A DNA stretch of 63,417 nucleotides, the filler included, from Chiloscyllium plagiosum (taxonomy: Eukaryota): assembly GCF_004010195.1 (NCBI RefSeq). It is 4 parts of one record of this genome, joined end to end, with 100 filler letters (N's around TTAATTAATTAA, not from the genome) between each part and the next. Parts side by side here need not be neighbours in the genome. Positions count along the whole stretch, not along the records: positions 1 to 17,457 come from NC_057710.1; 3 more parts are not named here. The stretch is one strand, 5' to 3'. This document shows, piece by piece, positions 1-12,841 of this stretch (positions are counted from its first letter, which is position 1; the number at the start of each line of letters is the position of its first letter). Both the position numbers and the translations under genes were made by a program. The notes below the pieces were generated by a model, which saw only the letters and a list, made by a program, of their open reading frames with translations, ran no database searches and was not told the origin of the DNA.

Positions 1-410
1 GAGAGGAAGTCGTACGAGGCTAGGTTGAGAGTTCTCGGCCTTTTCTCGTTGGAACGGCGAAGGATGAGGGGTGACTTGATAGAGGTTTATAAGATGATCA
101 GAGGAATAGGTAGAGTAGACAGTCAGAAACTTTTTCCCCGGGCACAACCGAGTGTTACAAGGGGACATAAATTTACGGTGAAGGGTGGAAGGTATAGGGG
201 AGATGTCAGGGGTGGGTTCTTTACCCAGAGAGTGGTGGGGGCATGGAATGCGCTGCCTGTGGGAGCGGTAGAGTCAGAATCTTTGGTGACCTTTAAGCGG
301 CAATTGGATAGGTACATGGATGGGTGCTTAAGCTAGGCCAAATGTTCGGCACAACATCGTGGGCCGAAGGGCCTGTTCTGTGCTGTATTGTTCTATGTTC
401 TATGTTTCTA
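1..410 (+). mobile_element. CR1 LINE 3' end (ORF2 C-terminus, 3' UTR, microsatellite tail)
   Basis: ORF 25-336 has the CR1 motifs LGLFSLERRRMRGDLIEVYK, TRGH and FFTQRVVGAWNALP. Ends in (TTCTATG)n. Confidence 0.92.
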
Positions 411-486
411 ATCGGGACCTTGAGATCTTCTTCGGATAATCTGAAAGTTGGACAATTGATATTCGGATAATCGAGGTTCCTCTGTA
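411..486. mobile_element. One end of a Tc1/mariner-pogo (Tigger-like) MITE
   Basis: Reverse complement reads TA-CAGAGGAACCTCGATTATCCGAA, a pogo-like terminal inverted repeat with a TA target. Subterminal repeat TTCGGATAATC at 431-441 and 462-472. Confidence 0.6.
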
Positions 487-645
487 TGTGTTTAGGTTTC
501 CTTGGATTGGTAATATCATTTCCTGTGATGATGTCATTTCCTGTTCTTTTTCTCAGAGGATGATCAATGGGGTTCAAGTCAATGTGTTTGTTGATAGAGT
601 TCTGGTTGGAATACCATGCTTCTAGGAGTTCTCATGCATGTCTCT
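487..645 (-). mobile_element. Penelope-like element fragment (C-terminus of GIY-YIG region), same family as 44285-45880
   Basis: Reverse complement aligns by eye with 45580-45720 (EAWxSNQNSxNKHxDLxPIxxxLRKRTG). Confidence 0.8.
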
Positions 646-1149
646 GTGGACCAAATATGGGCCAAAGATAGGTATATTGAATTAGGCCACAGCTCAGCTA
701 TGATCTCATTGAATGATGGAACAAGTTCAAGGGGCTAGATGGCCTACCCCCTGTTGCTAAGCTAATGACTGTCGCTAATCACTCATCACAGCCTCTACAC
801 AAGAGATGGGGCTTTTCAAATTACAAGGTCAGTAAGGGGCATATAGTGAGACATAGACCAAATAAGTAGCAAATTAAGTTCATATGGACATTTGATACAC
901 AGGGAAAAGAGGTGCTTTAAGTGAAGTTCATTGTAACTGGTAATATATGTTAGATATTAGATATTAGAACTGGTAAAATTTGTCAATTGCTGCAAGGTTT
1001 GTTAAGGCCAAACACAGGTAGTTCTGCCTTCTCGCGGAAGTTGTATTCTGGTGCGACATCATGTTATAGAAGATCACGCAATCAAATTAATGGGGCCTAT
1101 GAGTGTTGGGGACTCCAGTTTTGTCAACCTGTCCATTTCTGGTCAGTTA

Positions 1150-1565
1150 GGGGAGGTGATGGCCTAGTGGTATTATCGCTTGACTATTAATCCAGAAACC
1201 CAGAATAACGTTTTTCCCATGAAATCATTGTCAATTGTCAGAAAAACCCATCTGGTTCCCTAATGTCCTTCAGGGAAGGAAATCTGCCATCCTCACCCAG
1301 TCGGGACAACATGTGACTCCAGAGCCACAGCAATGTGGTTGACTCCCAACTGCCCTCTGAAATGTCCTAGCAAACCACTCAGTTGTTGAAAGTCACACCA
1401 AAGAAATGAAACCAGACAGACCACCTGGCATCGAGCTTGGAAACTCATAGCAGGGGGACTGCAGCGGTTCAAGAAGGCAGCTCACCACCACCTTCTCAAG
1501 GGCAACCAGGGATGGGCTATCAATGCTGGCCAGCCAGCAACGCCCAAGCCCCACAAATGAAAGAA
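1150..1565 (+). mobile_element. Short tRNA-headed SINE-like derivative of the L2/CR1-group LINE called family X here
   Basis: A-box-like TGGCCTAGTGG at 1160-1170, shared core ggaaggaaatctgccatcct...gtgactccag, and shared tail caccaccttctcaagggca...gggatggg...aatgaaa also seen at 20790-20880 and 24500-24540. Confidence 0.7.
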
Positions 1566-1809
1566 ATAGTTACAGAAATGGCAAGTTGTTACAAGCAAAA
1601 TTTCCCCAACATATTGTTGCATTCCCAGCTTCTTGTGGAATAAAATGGGAGTTTGCATAAAAGGTTCACAATTCACAAATTGCACTACAGACAAATCGCA
1701 TTTATGAAATGTGCATTATAGGAGAACTACCAGTAAAATAAAGTCAATATAAGTAAATCAAAACAAACTTAAGTTAACACAAGTTGAGTGAGTTAATAGG
1801 ATTAGGCAG

Positions 1810-2600
1810 TAGAGTCTTGTAGGATGCGTGTCCTGCAGTACGTTGGAAGTCATGGACACTACCGATGACCCAGATGATCACACATTTAAGACGTGTCACC
1901 AGCTGCAGGAACCTGAGCTTCAAATTTCAGAGTTCAAGCAGTGGCTGGAATCACTGTCATGTACTGGTGAGGAAGAGACAAAAATGCACGTTCACAGAAG
2001 TAGTCAAACTGCAGGCTAGGAACATGTCAGGCACTCCAAGAGAACCATGCAGGAAGTGCAGGAACACCCTGATGACTAGCTTCCCGTCATGTTACTGAAG
2101 AGGGTGATAGTTCCCCTGAGGAGTGCAATTAGAGCCAAATCTGTGGCTCCACGGGTGAAGCAACCCCTCTTCAGGAGGAAGAAAAGAGGACAAACAGTAC
2201 TTTTTGGAAATCTTTGTCCGGGAAATAGTAATTCCAGGACGGTATGTTGCCTCTCTGCAGCCACAAGTCATGATCTGTATCAGTACGAATGACAGTGGTA
2301 GGAAGATGGATTTATCCTCAAAGCAGATTTCATGGAGCTAGAAAAGAGATTGCAAAGCAGGATTCTAAAGAAGTTACTTCACAATTACTTCCAGTCTGTT
2401 GTGCTAGTGAGCATAGAAATAGGATAATTTAAAAATTGAACAGCTGGGTGGAAAACTGTTGGATGATGAAGGTATTAGACTTTGAGGCAGTGAACTATTT
2501 CTAGGGCAGGTGGACCTGTCCTGAATGGATAGGCTGCATCTTATCATCACAGGAAGATTCACTTGTGCTGCTGGGGAGAGTTTAAACGAGCTTGGCCAAG
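1810..2600 (+). mobile_element. Degenerate CR1 ORF1 (zinc finger/leucine zipper followed by SGNH esterase-like domain)
   Basis: SCSTLEV...TCHQLQEPELQISEFKQWLESL, then RTVCCL and a DxLHL-like remnant near 2530. Frameshifted. Confidence 0.6.
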
Positions 2601-2960
2601 AGATTGGGTAGATTTGAAAGAAGCAAAACCAGTAGCAGCAAAAAAAACAAATATGTGAACTGAAATATGAAAAAAGAAGGAAAGGCAAACATCAAATAGG
2701 ATCAGACAGAGATAAATGTTTAAAAAATTGCAGAATCAAGGGCAATCTAAGTACATGCATCACAGAATTGTTATAGCACAGCAGGAGGCCATGCAGCCTG
2801 TCATCTCTGTGCTGGCTCCTTCAGCTATTTAACTTCATGCCAATATCCTGTCTTTTCTCAGTAACACTGCACATTGTTCTTATTTAAATAACCACCCAAT
2901 ACCTGCTTGAATGCCTCAATTTAACCAGCCTTCACCACACTTCCAGATAGTGTATTCAAT

Positions 2961-3181
2961 GGATGTAGGTTTGCTCGCTGAGCTGGAAGGTTCATTTTCA
3001 GACATTTTGTCACCATACTAGGTGACATCTTCAGTGAGCCAATGGAAAAAGCTTCGACCAGAGGCTCACTGATGATGTTACCTAGTAAGGTGACGAAATG
3101 TCTGAAAATGAACCTTCCAACTCAGTGAGCAAACCTACATCCAGAATCTCAACCTGAGCTACAAATTTTCTCAAAACTCGC
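2961..3181 (+). mobile_element. Fold-back mini PLE insertion (family B) inside an old minus-strand CR1 3' end
   Basis: 2961-3040 is the reverse complement of 3063-3142, followed by an unpaired tail of about 39 nt. Flanks tagtgtattcaat (2948-2960) and tagtacattcaat (3182-3194) look like a decayed TSD. Homologous to the PLE 3' end at 45755-45880. Confidence 0.85.
3063..3114 (+). ncRNA. Minimal type I hammerhead ribozyme motif (family B)
   Basis: ggcTCA-CTGATGA(3069-3075)-T-GTTACC-tagtaa-GGTGAC-GAAA-TGTC-TGA: core boxes, 6-bp stem II, helix I TCA/TGA, predicted cut after C3102. Confidence 0.75.
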
Positions 3182-5965
3182 TAGTACATTCAATATCCTA
3201 ACCTTGTGTGAAAATGTTTCTCCCCACCCCACATTTGCTTTTTTGCAAATCACTGTCAAACTGTGCCCTTGGTTTGGAAATTATATTTCCATTCTATAAT
3301 GATTGCCATACAGTTCTACGCAAACAATGATTTAAAGAGGAAAAAAATTCTTATTACTTTAACTTCCTTAACAATATTTTTAAATGAACCATCTTTACAA
3401 GTTTTATATATGAACGAAACTATTTAAACTGTCACAAGCTGTTTAGGCGTATCCATCTAATCATAAAAATTAGCAAGGAGAGGAAAGTATGGTCCAATCC
3501 TTAGTTATAAGGCTGTGAATATCCTCAACAGGTTCAGGCCATATCAGCAACTGTTATAAAACTCCACTTGTAAGTTCTGTGGGACGTTGCATTACAACCA
3601 TAACAACATACCAGTTAAACGACTTACAACACCCACAGCTGAGGGAATTCAAATGCACACCTCTGGGAACAATCAAAACTGGACTTGAGACCAACTGAAG
3701 AAATACAGAGAATTAAGAAATAGGAAAACTAACACGATTTCCTTCTCCACCCTAGCTTTTGGCGTTGTTTCAACAAGTTCAAATATCAAAACAGCTGCAG
3801 ATTAACCATAAGCATCAAACACATACTCAAAACTATGCAGCCTCATCATATTGGCACTCTGGGACAGCTGCACTTTGCTAATATGGCATGCAAGTTAAAT
3901 GATGACCCGACCTTGCACGGGTTCACAAGGTCAGCTACTTTAAATTGTTCAAACCTTAGGCTAGAAGCAGATAACATGTTTAAAGTGCGGATAAAAGATC
4001 AGGTGCTGGAGTTGCCGTGCGATTTACGGGGAGAGATTTTCACAAAAAATGGCCTTCCACGTTGCCCAATTGTTTCATTTCCAGTGCTCAGACCGTTGAG
4101 TGAGTCATATGTTTTGGAAATTTAGAAGAGTAACAGATTTTACGCAGTGTAAAAGCTGTTAACAAGAGACATGTATTATTATCGCAATAGTTTTGTACTT
4201 TTGCAACAAGTTATAAAGATTGAGTATGCTTAAACAACAAAATATTTTGAAGTCTTCTCTTTAACTGCAGACACACACACATACACATTTATATATTCTA
4301 TATATGAAGGCTTAAAGTTTCTTAGCAAGAGAAAATGGGCCATCAATTAACACCAATCAGCTTTCTTCAAGTAATTGACCTCAACCACTCTGTCTTCCTA
4401 TATTGATCTAGAAGTGAGTGCTTATGATAATAAGAATACTCGTGCTTAATGTGTTATATAATATTCTTTTGCTTCTCTCCAGGACCACAAATAGTAGTAT
4501 TACTCTTCGACATTTTAAGCATTTTATCTGGCATGTTTGTAGGAAATTGCTGCATGGACTCCTTTAGCAAATCATTAACCTATAGCAGACAGTTATTTGA
4601 TATTAAAGTGCAAACCTGCACATAAATTAGTCGGAAGAAAAATCTCCACCCCTATATGCCTTCTCAATCCCCTTCCATCTCAAAGGCCTTTTCTGATAAT
4701 CTGATCTCAGGGTCCACAAATCTTTGCATGAAGGGTAAATCTGACCCACTTCATCATTTCAAATGATCTGCTGTGCAGCTTTTGATTGAAAACCTGCTGA
4801 CCTACTCATGAGGGATGCAGGTGGCATTAAAACAGTCAAACAATTATGGAGTAGCTCACGTCAAGCTTCATTCTGAGCATGCGGACACACACCTCATGTT
4901 CCCATCAGGGCTGCTCTCCACTTCCTGTCAGGACCATTAGGTATTGTTGATTCATGAGGTCACTTCTGAGAAAAACAGGTTTTCTGAAAGCTGGAAATAT
5001 ATACCAGCCGATTCCATTCTCGTTGACCGATTTGATTGGCATTCCTAACTCGTTACTAAAAGGTCACCTATTTGTGCCAGCACATTCTTTCAGAGATAAG
5101 AATTTCTCAAATACAGCATTACCTCTCTGGACACGGGACTCAGTTTTCCAGGTCTTCAAGTCTGGTAATTATATCATGGCTTTCTCTTCCTTTGTTCTGA
5201 ATCCAACCAATGAATCAGGCCTGTACCTATGCATGCACCCGTATTGTTCCAAATACTAGGAAAGAAATTCATAATGTCAGGGGTCTTGATGGAAAGTTAG
5301 TGGAGTCTCAGCAGGGGCAGTCGCACAGAATAGATTATTCAGGTTGATGTAAATATAAAAGGATGGTGTAGCAAAACGTTCACCAGAGACCAACCCAAGT
5401 GACCAGAAAACAAAAAATGAAATCTTTCATTTGGAGCAGCAATGGCTCAGGATATTAGGCTGCTGGACAATGGCCTGCTACATCACTTGAGACAAGGGAA
5501 TTTTTGGCACAAGGCATTAGTACCATGTAGTTAACCAGGGAGCAGGTGCTCAACACCATTGATGTTAGAACAGGGCCTTCCTTGGGATTTTCTTTTCCAT
5601 TTATTCTTCCAAAGGATGTGGGTATTGCAGTCTCGGCCAGCATTTGTTACTCATCCCTAACTGTCCTTGAGAAAGTGGTGGTCAGTTGTCTTCTTAACCA
5701 CTGAAGTCCATCTGGTGTTGGTTCATCTATGATGCAATGGGAAGCAAGTTCTAGGATTTTGACCTAATGGCAGTGAAGGAATGATGATACAGTTCTGAAT
5801 CAGGGTGATGTGTGACTTGGATGGGAACTTCATGGTGGTATTTCCATGCATCTGCTGCCCTTAAGTGGTGGAGGTTTGCTGGTTTGGAAAGTGTTGTTGG
5901 AGGGAACTTTGTTAGGTTCTTCACTGCTTCTTGTAGATGTTACACGCCGTTGCCACTTACATCAA

Positions 5966-6292
5966 TAGATTAGATTCCCTACAGTATGGAGACAGGCCCT
6001 TCGGCCCAACAAGTCCACACCGACCCTCCAGAGAGTAACCCACCCAGACCCATTCCCCCACCCTACATTTACCCCTGACTAATGCACCTAATACTATGGA
6101 CAGTTTAGCATGACCAATTCACCCGACCTGCACATCTTTGGATTGTGGGAGGAAACCGGAGCACCCGGAGGAAACCCACGCAGACACGGGGAGAATGTGC
6201 AAACTCCACACAGTCGCCCGAGGCTGGAATCGAATCCGGGTCCCTGGTGCTGTGAGGCAACAGTGCTAACCACTGAGCCACCGTGCCGCCCC
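5966..6292 (-). mobile_element. HE1-like V-SINE (tRNA-derived)
   Basis: Reverse complement has a tRNA head (gcggcacggtggctcagtggttagc...ggattcgattcc), V-domain (gtttgcacattctccccgtgtctgcgtgggtttcctccgggtgctccggtttcctcccac) and CR1-like tail ending in aatct repeats. Confidence 0.88.
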
Positions 6293-6891
6293 ACTGGTAC
6301 AGGAAAGTGACTGTTCAAAGTGACGGATACAGTGTCAGTCGAGTGAACTACTTTCTCCTCAATAGTGTCAAGCGTTTTGAGTATTGTTGGAGCTGCAGTC
6401 ATCCTGCAGCTTCAGTAAGTGGGGAATACAATGGAATGAAGAAGAGTCATATCAGTCTTGAAACATTAACATTGTTTCTCTCTCCACATATACTGACTGA
6501 CCCATCGGGTTTTTCTAGAAGTTCATGTTTTCACTTCTTCAGTAGTACTGTTTCAGTTCTGCTCTGGCGGTTTCTTGATAGCATGTGGAATGAGTTGATT
6601 TGACTCAAGATTGGCATTTGTGATGCTGGGTATCTCAGGGCATGGCTGAGATAAGTCATCGAGATAATTGCAAACGCTTCATTCTTGTTTCCTGCACTGA
6701 TAAGCTGGGCTTCCCCCATCATTGACATTATTTGTGGAGCTTTGGGATGCTGTGAGTTGTTTATTTGCCTAACACCATTCTTGACTCGGTGTAGCAGGGC
6801 TGCTGAATTTAGGTCTGATCCATTAGTTGTGGGATTATTTATCTCCATCTGGCACATGCTGCTTCCACTGTTTGGCATCTGTTGGCATCAG

Positions 6892-6986
6892 GGAGGAGAC
6901 AGTGAGGTCTGCAGATGCTGGAGATCAGAGTTGAGATTGTGTTGCTGGAAAAGCACAGCAGGTCAGGCAGCCTCCGAGAAGCAGGA
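6892..6986 (-). mobile_element. Truncated PLE terminus (family A) with 10-bp TSD
   Basis: Matches the reverse complement of 7575-7670. ttggcatcag at 6882-6891 and 6987-6996. Confidence 0.75.
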
Positions 6987-7539
6987 TTGGCATCAGTCCT
7001 CTGCTATAGCTTTGCCAGCACCAGCCTGGGTTCTGCTCCTGGCATGACCTTCTGCACTCTTTATTGAAGCAAGGTTGATGACAATTGTAGACTGTTTCTC
7101 CACAAAGGCTGCATTGTCACTTTTATCAATATCATTACAGATGGATATGTCTGTGACAGGTAGATTGGTGAGTTTGAGGTCCGGTAGATCTTTCCTTTTG
7201 TTAGTGCTATCACCACCCACCACAGGCCTAGTCTAGCAGCTGGCCCTTTAGGATCCATCAAGCTCAGCCAGTAACTACTGAGCCACTCTTTGTGACGAAC
7301 ACTGGAGTCGTCCAACCTGAGTGCCTTCTGTGCCCCTGCCACCCTCAGAGCAAACTCAGTGATGGTAATGGTGGTGTCGGAACATGGTCATACTTCGCGA
7401 ATCATATCTTATGACGTCAGATTGTTGCTGGAATATGTTATGGGACAGCCAATTTTGGTTCAAACCCTTGACGCTGGTAAGGTGGACTTTGCAGGGTCAA
7501 TAGGTATGTGGGTGCCATCGTCATTTCCTGATGATGTCA

Positions 7540-7670
7540 TCATTCCTGACGAAGGGCCTATGCCCGAAATGTCGACTCTCCTTCTCCTCGGATGCTACCT
7601 GACCTGCTGCGCTTTTCCAGCAACACACTCTCAACTCTGATCTCCAGCATCCGCAGTCCTCACTTTCTTC
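7540..7670 (+). mobile_element. PLE terminus (family A) beginning with a hammerhead motif
   Basis: attc-CTGACGA(7546-7552)-A-GGGC-ctat-GCCC-GAAA-TGTC-gac, then the family A tail ending ccagcatccgcagtcctcactttc. Confidence 0.75.
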
Positions 7671-8229
7671 CATTTTAATTGTTTTGTCTGGGCTTTTGAG
7701 CAGGTTGGCACAACAGTGTGGCTTACAAGGCCATTTCAAAAGGCTTTTAAGAATCATATGTAACCAGACTAGGTGAAGATGGCAGATTTCTTTCCTTAAA
7801 GGGACCCAGTTGTGTTTTTAGAACAATTGATAACGGTTGCATGTTATTAAACTAAAATTTCACTATCCGCCTTGGTGAGTTTCAAACACACATCCCCAGA
7901 ACATCAGCCTGAGCTCAAGATTATTTGTCCAAATAAACATCATTTTTCCTTAGTTTGATCTTCTTTGGCTGTTCTGTGATGCTACAGCTAAGATTAAAAT
8001 TGCTGCTAAAGCTCTGTTGGTATAACTTTGGATCTTTTGTTTTTAGTAGCATCTAGTTTGCATCTATGTTGTGACAGCTAATTAATTATGAACATTGATT
8101 TAAAAGTCTGCCAATGGCTATGTAACTCAAATGTAAACAAAAATATTTAAAAGTCAGAGTATGTCTGTGGCATATGTTTCATGTTAAAATATCGCCTGAG
8201 ACACCTGTAATCAACTTGCCAGTTCCCAA

Positions 8230-8760
8230 TTTCAGTCAATTCACTTTATTTACAACTTCGAATGATGTGATAGAGAGCACATATTCAAATTTGCTGAAGA
8301 CACAAAGGTAGGTGGTATTGTAAGCAGTATAGACAGCATCATTACATATCACACTTATGATCAGATTATGACTAAACTGCAGCATGGAATTCAATGTAGC
8401 TAATTGTGATTTGATCTACTTGACGTTTAAAAAGCACACTCTAAAAGGTACAAGCAAGAAAGAGTGAAAGTTTGAAGCAACTTGAGGATCGATGTACATA
8501 AATCATTAAAATGTCAGGGACAAATACAGAAAATAACTAAAAAGGACAATGGAATGCTGCATTTTATACTAAGAGGACTAAAGTACAAGGGCACAAAACC
8601 CAGTCTTCAGCTGTACAGAGCCACAGCTAGACCACAGCTGATGTACTGTGGCCTACTTTAAGCACTTCAGCTTATGAAGGACATGTTGACTTTGGAGGCA
8701 GTGCAGCATAGATTCATGAGAAGGAACACACAATTCCAAAGGTTAAGTTGTGAAGTACAG
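8230..8760 (+). mobile_element. Old CR1 RT fragment
   Basis: Degenerate KFAxDTKVGG motif (aaatttgctgaagacacaaaggtaggtgg) and downstream CR1 ORF2 remnants. Confidence 0.6.
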
Positions 8761-11700
8761 CCTCTCTTATTGCTTGGCACTGGTGTGGTATAAACGCTAC
8801 TTGCTGCTTAGCAGCCCTGAGCCTGAGGCCTAGCTGCAGCAAGACAGGAATGCTTCAGTGTCTGAGTAGTTCTGAATGGGACTGAAGAGGCTGCAGATGG
8901 CTGGGTCACAGCGTCGAACGTCTCCCCTATTATATCAAGACCAGTCCCTCTCAGTTTGAAACAATCTTCAACCAGAAGTACCAAGTGCATGATCTATCTT
9001 TGCATCCTCTTTAGAATGCCAACCATCATAGATGCCAGACTACAGCCAATTCAATTTACTCCATTTGATATTGAGAAATGATTGATTGCATTAGATACAG
9101 TTATGTGTCCTGATAACTCTTGTTCTACAAGTCACTGCCCAAACTGTTCCAGTACAGCTACAACACAGACATCCACACAACAATATGAAAAGTTTCCCAA
9201 GTATGTCTTTTCCAATTAAAGTACAAACTCGACCACCCGTAAGCAAGCATTTAAAACTGCAGGCAGCACAAATAATCATACTGCTAAATTCCAAGAAATG
9301 GGCACAGGTTAGGAGTGACACACAATCCTTACTTCTGTTTGCAGGTCATACACAAGTCTTGCCCCAGTACTTTACATACAAACAATAGTTGGTTAGACAA
9401 GGTCGTCAATGCATATGGAGATATTTGCCAGCGCTTTAGTCTGCAATTTCATAGAAGGAAAAGATTGGATGGAGGGGTAAAGAGATAATACTATTCTTTG
9501 CAGCAGTTCCTTGTAAAGTACGATTGCAGACCTCCAGCTGGAGTCAAAGTATTTGACCTGAATATGTGTCTATTAATAAAGGATTCATAAAATAGTGTAG
9601 ACTGTGAAAGGCCGATGTGAGACAGTTATAATCATTAGCTAAACCCTACAAAGAAATGATTGTGTAGCATTCATTGATACAGTAATGTATGAGCAAGTTG
9701 ATGGGTTTTCAGTTTTTACTTACGTATAGTTTAATATTCAGATCTAAAACTGTGACTGACACAGCTACTGTCAATGGATAATTAGCAAGTTGTAATTGAG
9801 GAAACACACACTGCCTTCCATTTATTGATACAGCAACTGTAGCTCTCACAATGCCTGCTGGAATGAGTATATCCAGAAGTACCACCACAAAGCTGAACTA
9901 TTTTAAAACAACTGCTTCAGGTGGAAAAAATACATAATACATATAAGTTAAGGTATTAATCATAATGAGTGAACCATCTTAGCTTAAGACTATAGCAACG
10001 TTATTCAGCTGTGAAAACATCATTATGTTGTTAATTTAATGAAAAAGTGATTTGTGACACAATTAGTGTTGCATTCAGCTGAATTTGACCATTACTACCT
10101 ATTAATACCTCTTACTAATTCAACTTTCTTCTTTGTCTCCTATTATTTAATTTAAATTTATTCCTCCTTCTGCCTTGCTGCACCACACCAACTTTCAGCT
10201 CAGAGGACAGAAAGGTTACCTGGAGACAGGACTCTAGATAATACTAAAGTATTCTGACAGGCTGAGAGAAAGATTTACTCTTCGCAAATATTTAAAACTG
10301 TATCTAGTAACAGTTAGAAATTTTATGGGCTGCTTTCAGTGTCAGGCATGGAGGAACCATTAGAAATAAACAATGACCAAGGCTCATATTATTCATTCCC
10401 TACCACCCAGATAATAGCATAGTATATCTCGATAATGAAGTTGTTGACTAATCATTGCAGTCCATCTCAAAACGTTAATCAAAAACAGACTGGACAAAAT
10501 ATGACCAGAAATCAGGCAAGTCCCCATTTTGGGTGAGTTTCTCCGTGAGCCCAAGCAAGATTTCCTATTCCCCAAACCTCGTCTCCCTTTGCTTCTATGG
10601 CACCTTTTTTGATCTATCTTCACCAGAGGTGGAAGTACATGCCACTGCTGGGACTTCCTCGGATTTCCCAGTGCTGGTATCATTAGTCAAGCAGTGCACA
10701 TTGTGGGTGGGGAACCAAAAACAAACACTTCTGAGGGCATGACAAGTATAGTACACACTCATAAATGTACTGCTACTTAAGAACCAAGTAAACCATTCAT
10801 AGCCTCGTGCTATTATCGCATGCTATCTAAGGAAGTGTTACTCTGCGCCAATGCCCACTGTAGCCTATGGAGTCATGCCAAACATTGTACTACACTATCT
10901 CTTGTTGAAGTCAGGATAATTGTGACCATCAATGGTCACCTCCCCTCTCCTGCAGTAACCCATGTCTTCCAATTCATGATCGGCTCCCCTCTTTATGTGT
11001 TGAGTTGCCCCCATGCACAATTACTATCCCCTCTACATCCCAGCATCCTGCCTCCAATCCAAACAATTAATTTTCCCAAACTTCCTACCACATCAGTGTC
11101 TCCTGACAACACCCATGACTTTCTTTAAGCGGACCCCCAGGACTCACTGTGGTCTACCCTCTCATCTTGACTGATGACTAACCAGACCCTTGTCTGATCC
11201 GTGTGCAGCTTCCTAAGTGACTTACAGTGAATCCCTGGACTGGTTGCACTGGACCCATGGACCTGACTATGATCATGGAATGTAGTGGTATGACCCTTGA
11301 CCTGGGACAGCCCAAATAGTCGACTGACTGTATCCAAGCACCTGGACTGATATCGGACAATGCCCTTGAGTTATGGGGCCTTGGCCTGACTGAAGATTAC
11401 TTCCAGTCAGCTTTGAGACATGGCCATTTAGTTATTCTTATGAAGTGTTTGCGACATAAACTACTGGCACATGGTGAGTGTGTAACATTGATGTAGCATG
11501 GCACCATACAGCAAAATACCCACGCTCTTGACTGACCACTGCTGACAATCATGGAGGGCTGCCTGGCCCGTTGTCTGTGCAAGATAAGATGTAAGGGCTG
11601 TGAGCCGTTAAGCTCTGTTTGAGGGGGCAAAGAGCAAACAGGTCAGGCAGAGGTTTGGTGAGGATCCATGTTGACTCAAAGTGAGTAAGCGTGCCTGAGA

Positions 11701-12841
11701 AGTCAGTGAATGCTGTCTAATATGTAGGCCCAGAGGAGGGAGCAGCAAGCAGGGGTTTCCAGATACTGCTTCTAACTTTCATATTGTGAACTGTCACTGT
11801 CTAGTCTCTATTTGTAGTTGGGAGAATGGGAGTGCCGCCTATCAATGACACAAGATTCAGTAATAAAAACATGTTAATATATGCAAATCGATACAAATAG
11901 ATTCTCATCTCACTATTCAAAATCTAATTGGAGAATTGAATTTTTTGCTCTAATTTCTGCTGGCCTCACTCTATCTTTCCAACTGACTCAACAATACTTA
12001 ATGCCAATGTTGTAAACAGTTTTGATTTGCTGCAGCTCTTCTCAAATTTGTCAGAAGATGGCACTGCATTCCCACCAAGAGCAATTCACCACTTATTCCT
12101 GGGATCACCACTAATAAGATAAAGCTCTCAGGTGTCAAGTGAAGCAGTTGAGTTTGCATCTAAATTATCCCAATGTCAGTGACATTTCTTTCACTTTCTA
12201 GAGTATTTCAAAAACCCAATGAAAGTTGCTCATGTCAAGAAAGCAATACCAATGAGTCACACTATTTCCCATTAAAATTTATAGAGGCATCAGATTTTAA
12301 CACCTTCATTTTCATCAGTTAATTTGAATCCATTTCCTTTCACCATTATCTCTCTGCCAGTCCAGACAGGAAGCAGCACAGATTTATTCAGTTGGCAAGT
12401 ATTATCATTTAAAACATTATTTATTTTTTGGCTATCCTCTCTTAAATCCAAACCGTTGGACTGAATCTTACATTTGTTGGCTATATCTGAGTTGGAGGGA
12501 TTTCTGCTGTGATGCAAATTCTTTTGCTATATCTTACCAAACTCATTAACTTCGCACCCTGTCTCCATATACGATTCTGTCATGTACGATTCCAGTCCCA
12601 TCTCACCAGTTGCATTCCCAGACTTGCCATTCAGTGGAAATCCTAACCAGCATGCCTTGCACTTGCAACATCCTTAAAAGGCAGTTGAGCACCTGGACAA
12701 GCACTGTCTGTCCAGAGCTGCTCTGTACAGATCTGGACATTTACCCTGGAGGTAGCTGACAGGGAGAGATCGTCATCCCTCAGAGAGGGGACCTGGAGGT
12801 CCTGTTGGATGGAGTGGTGCAGAGCTAGGACTTCCTCCTAG

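Larger units (their letters stand above)
5590..7940 (-). mobile_element. Degenerate family X LINE (tRNA-like head about 7730-7940, RT-like body, 3' tail about 5590-5700) with several nested insertions
   Basis: Head, core and tail sequences match 1150-1565 and 22735-24540 in reverse orientation. Confidence 0.65.
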
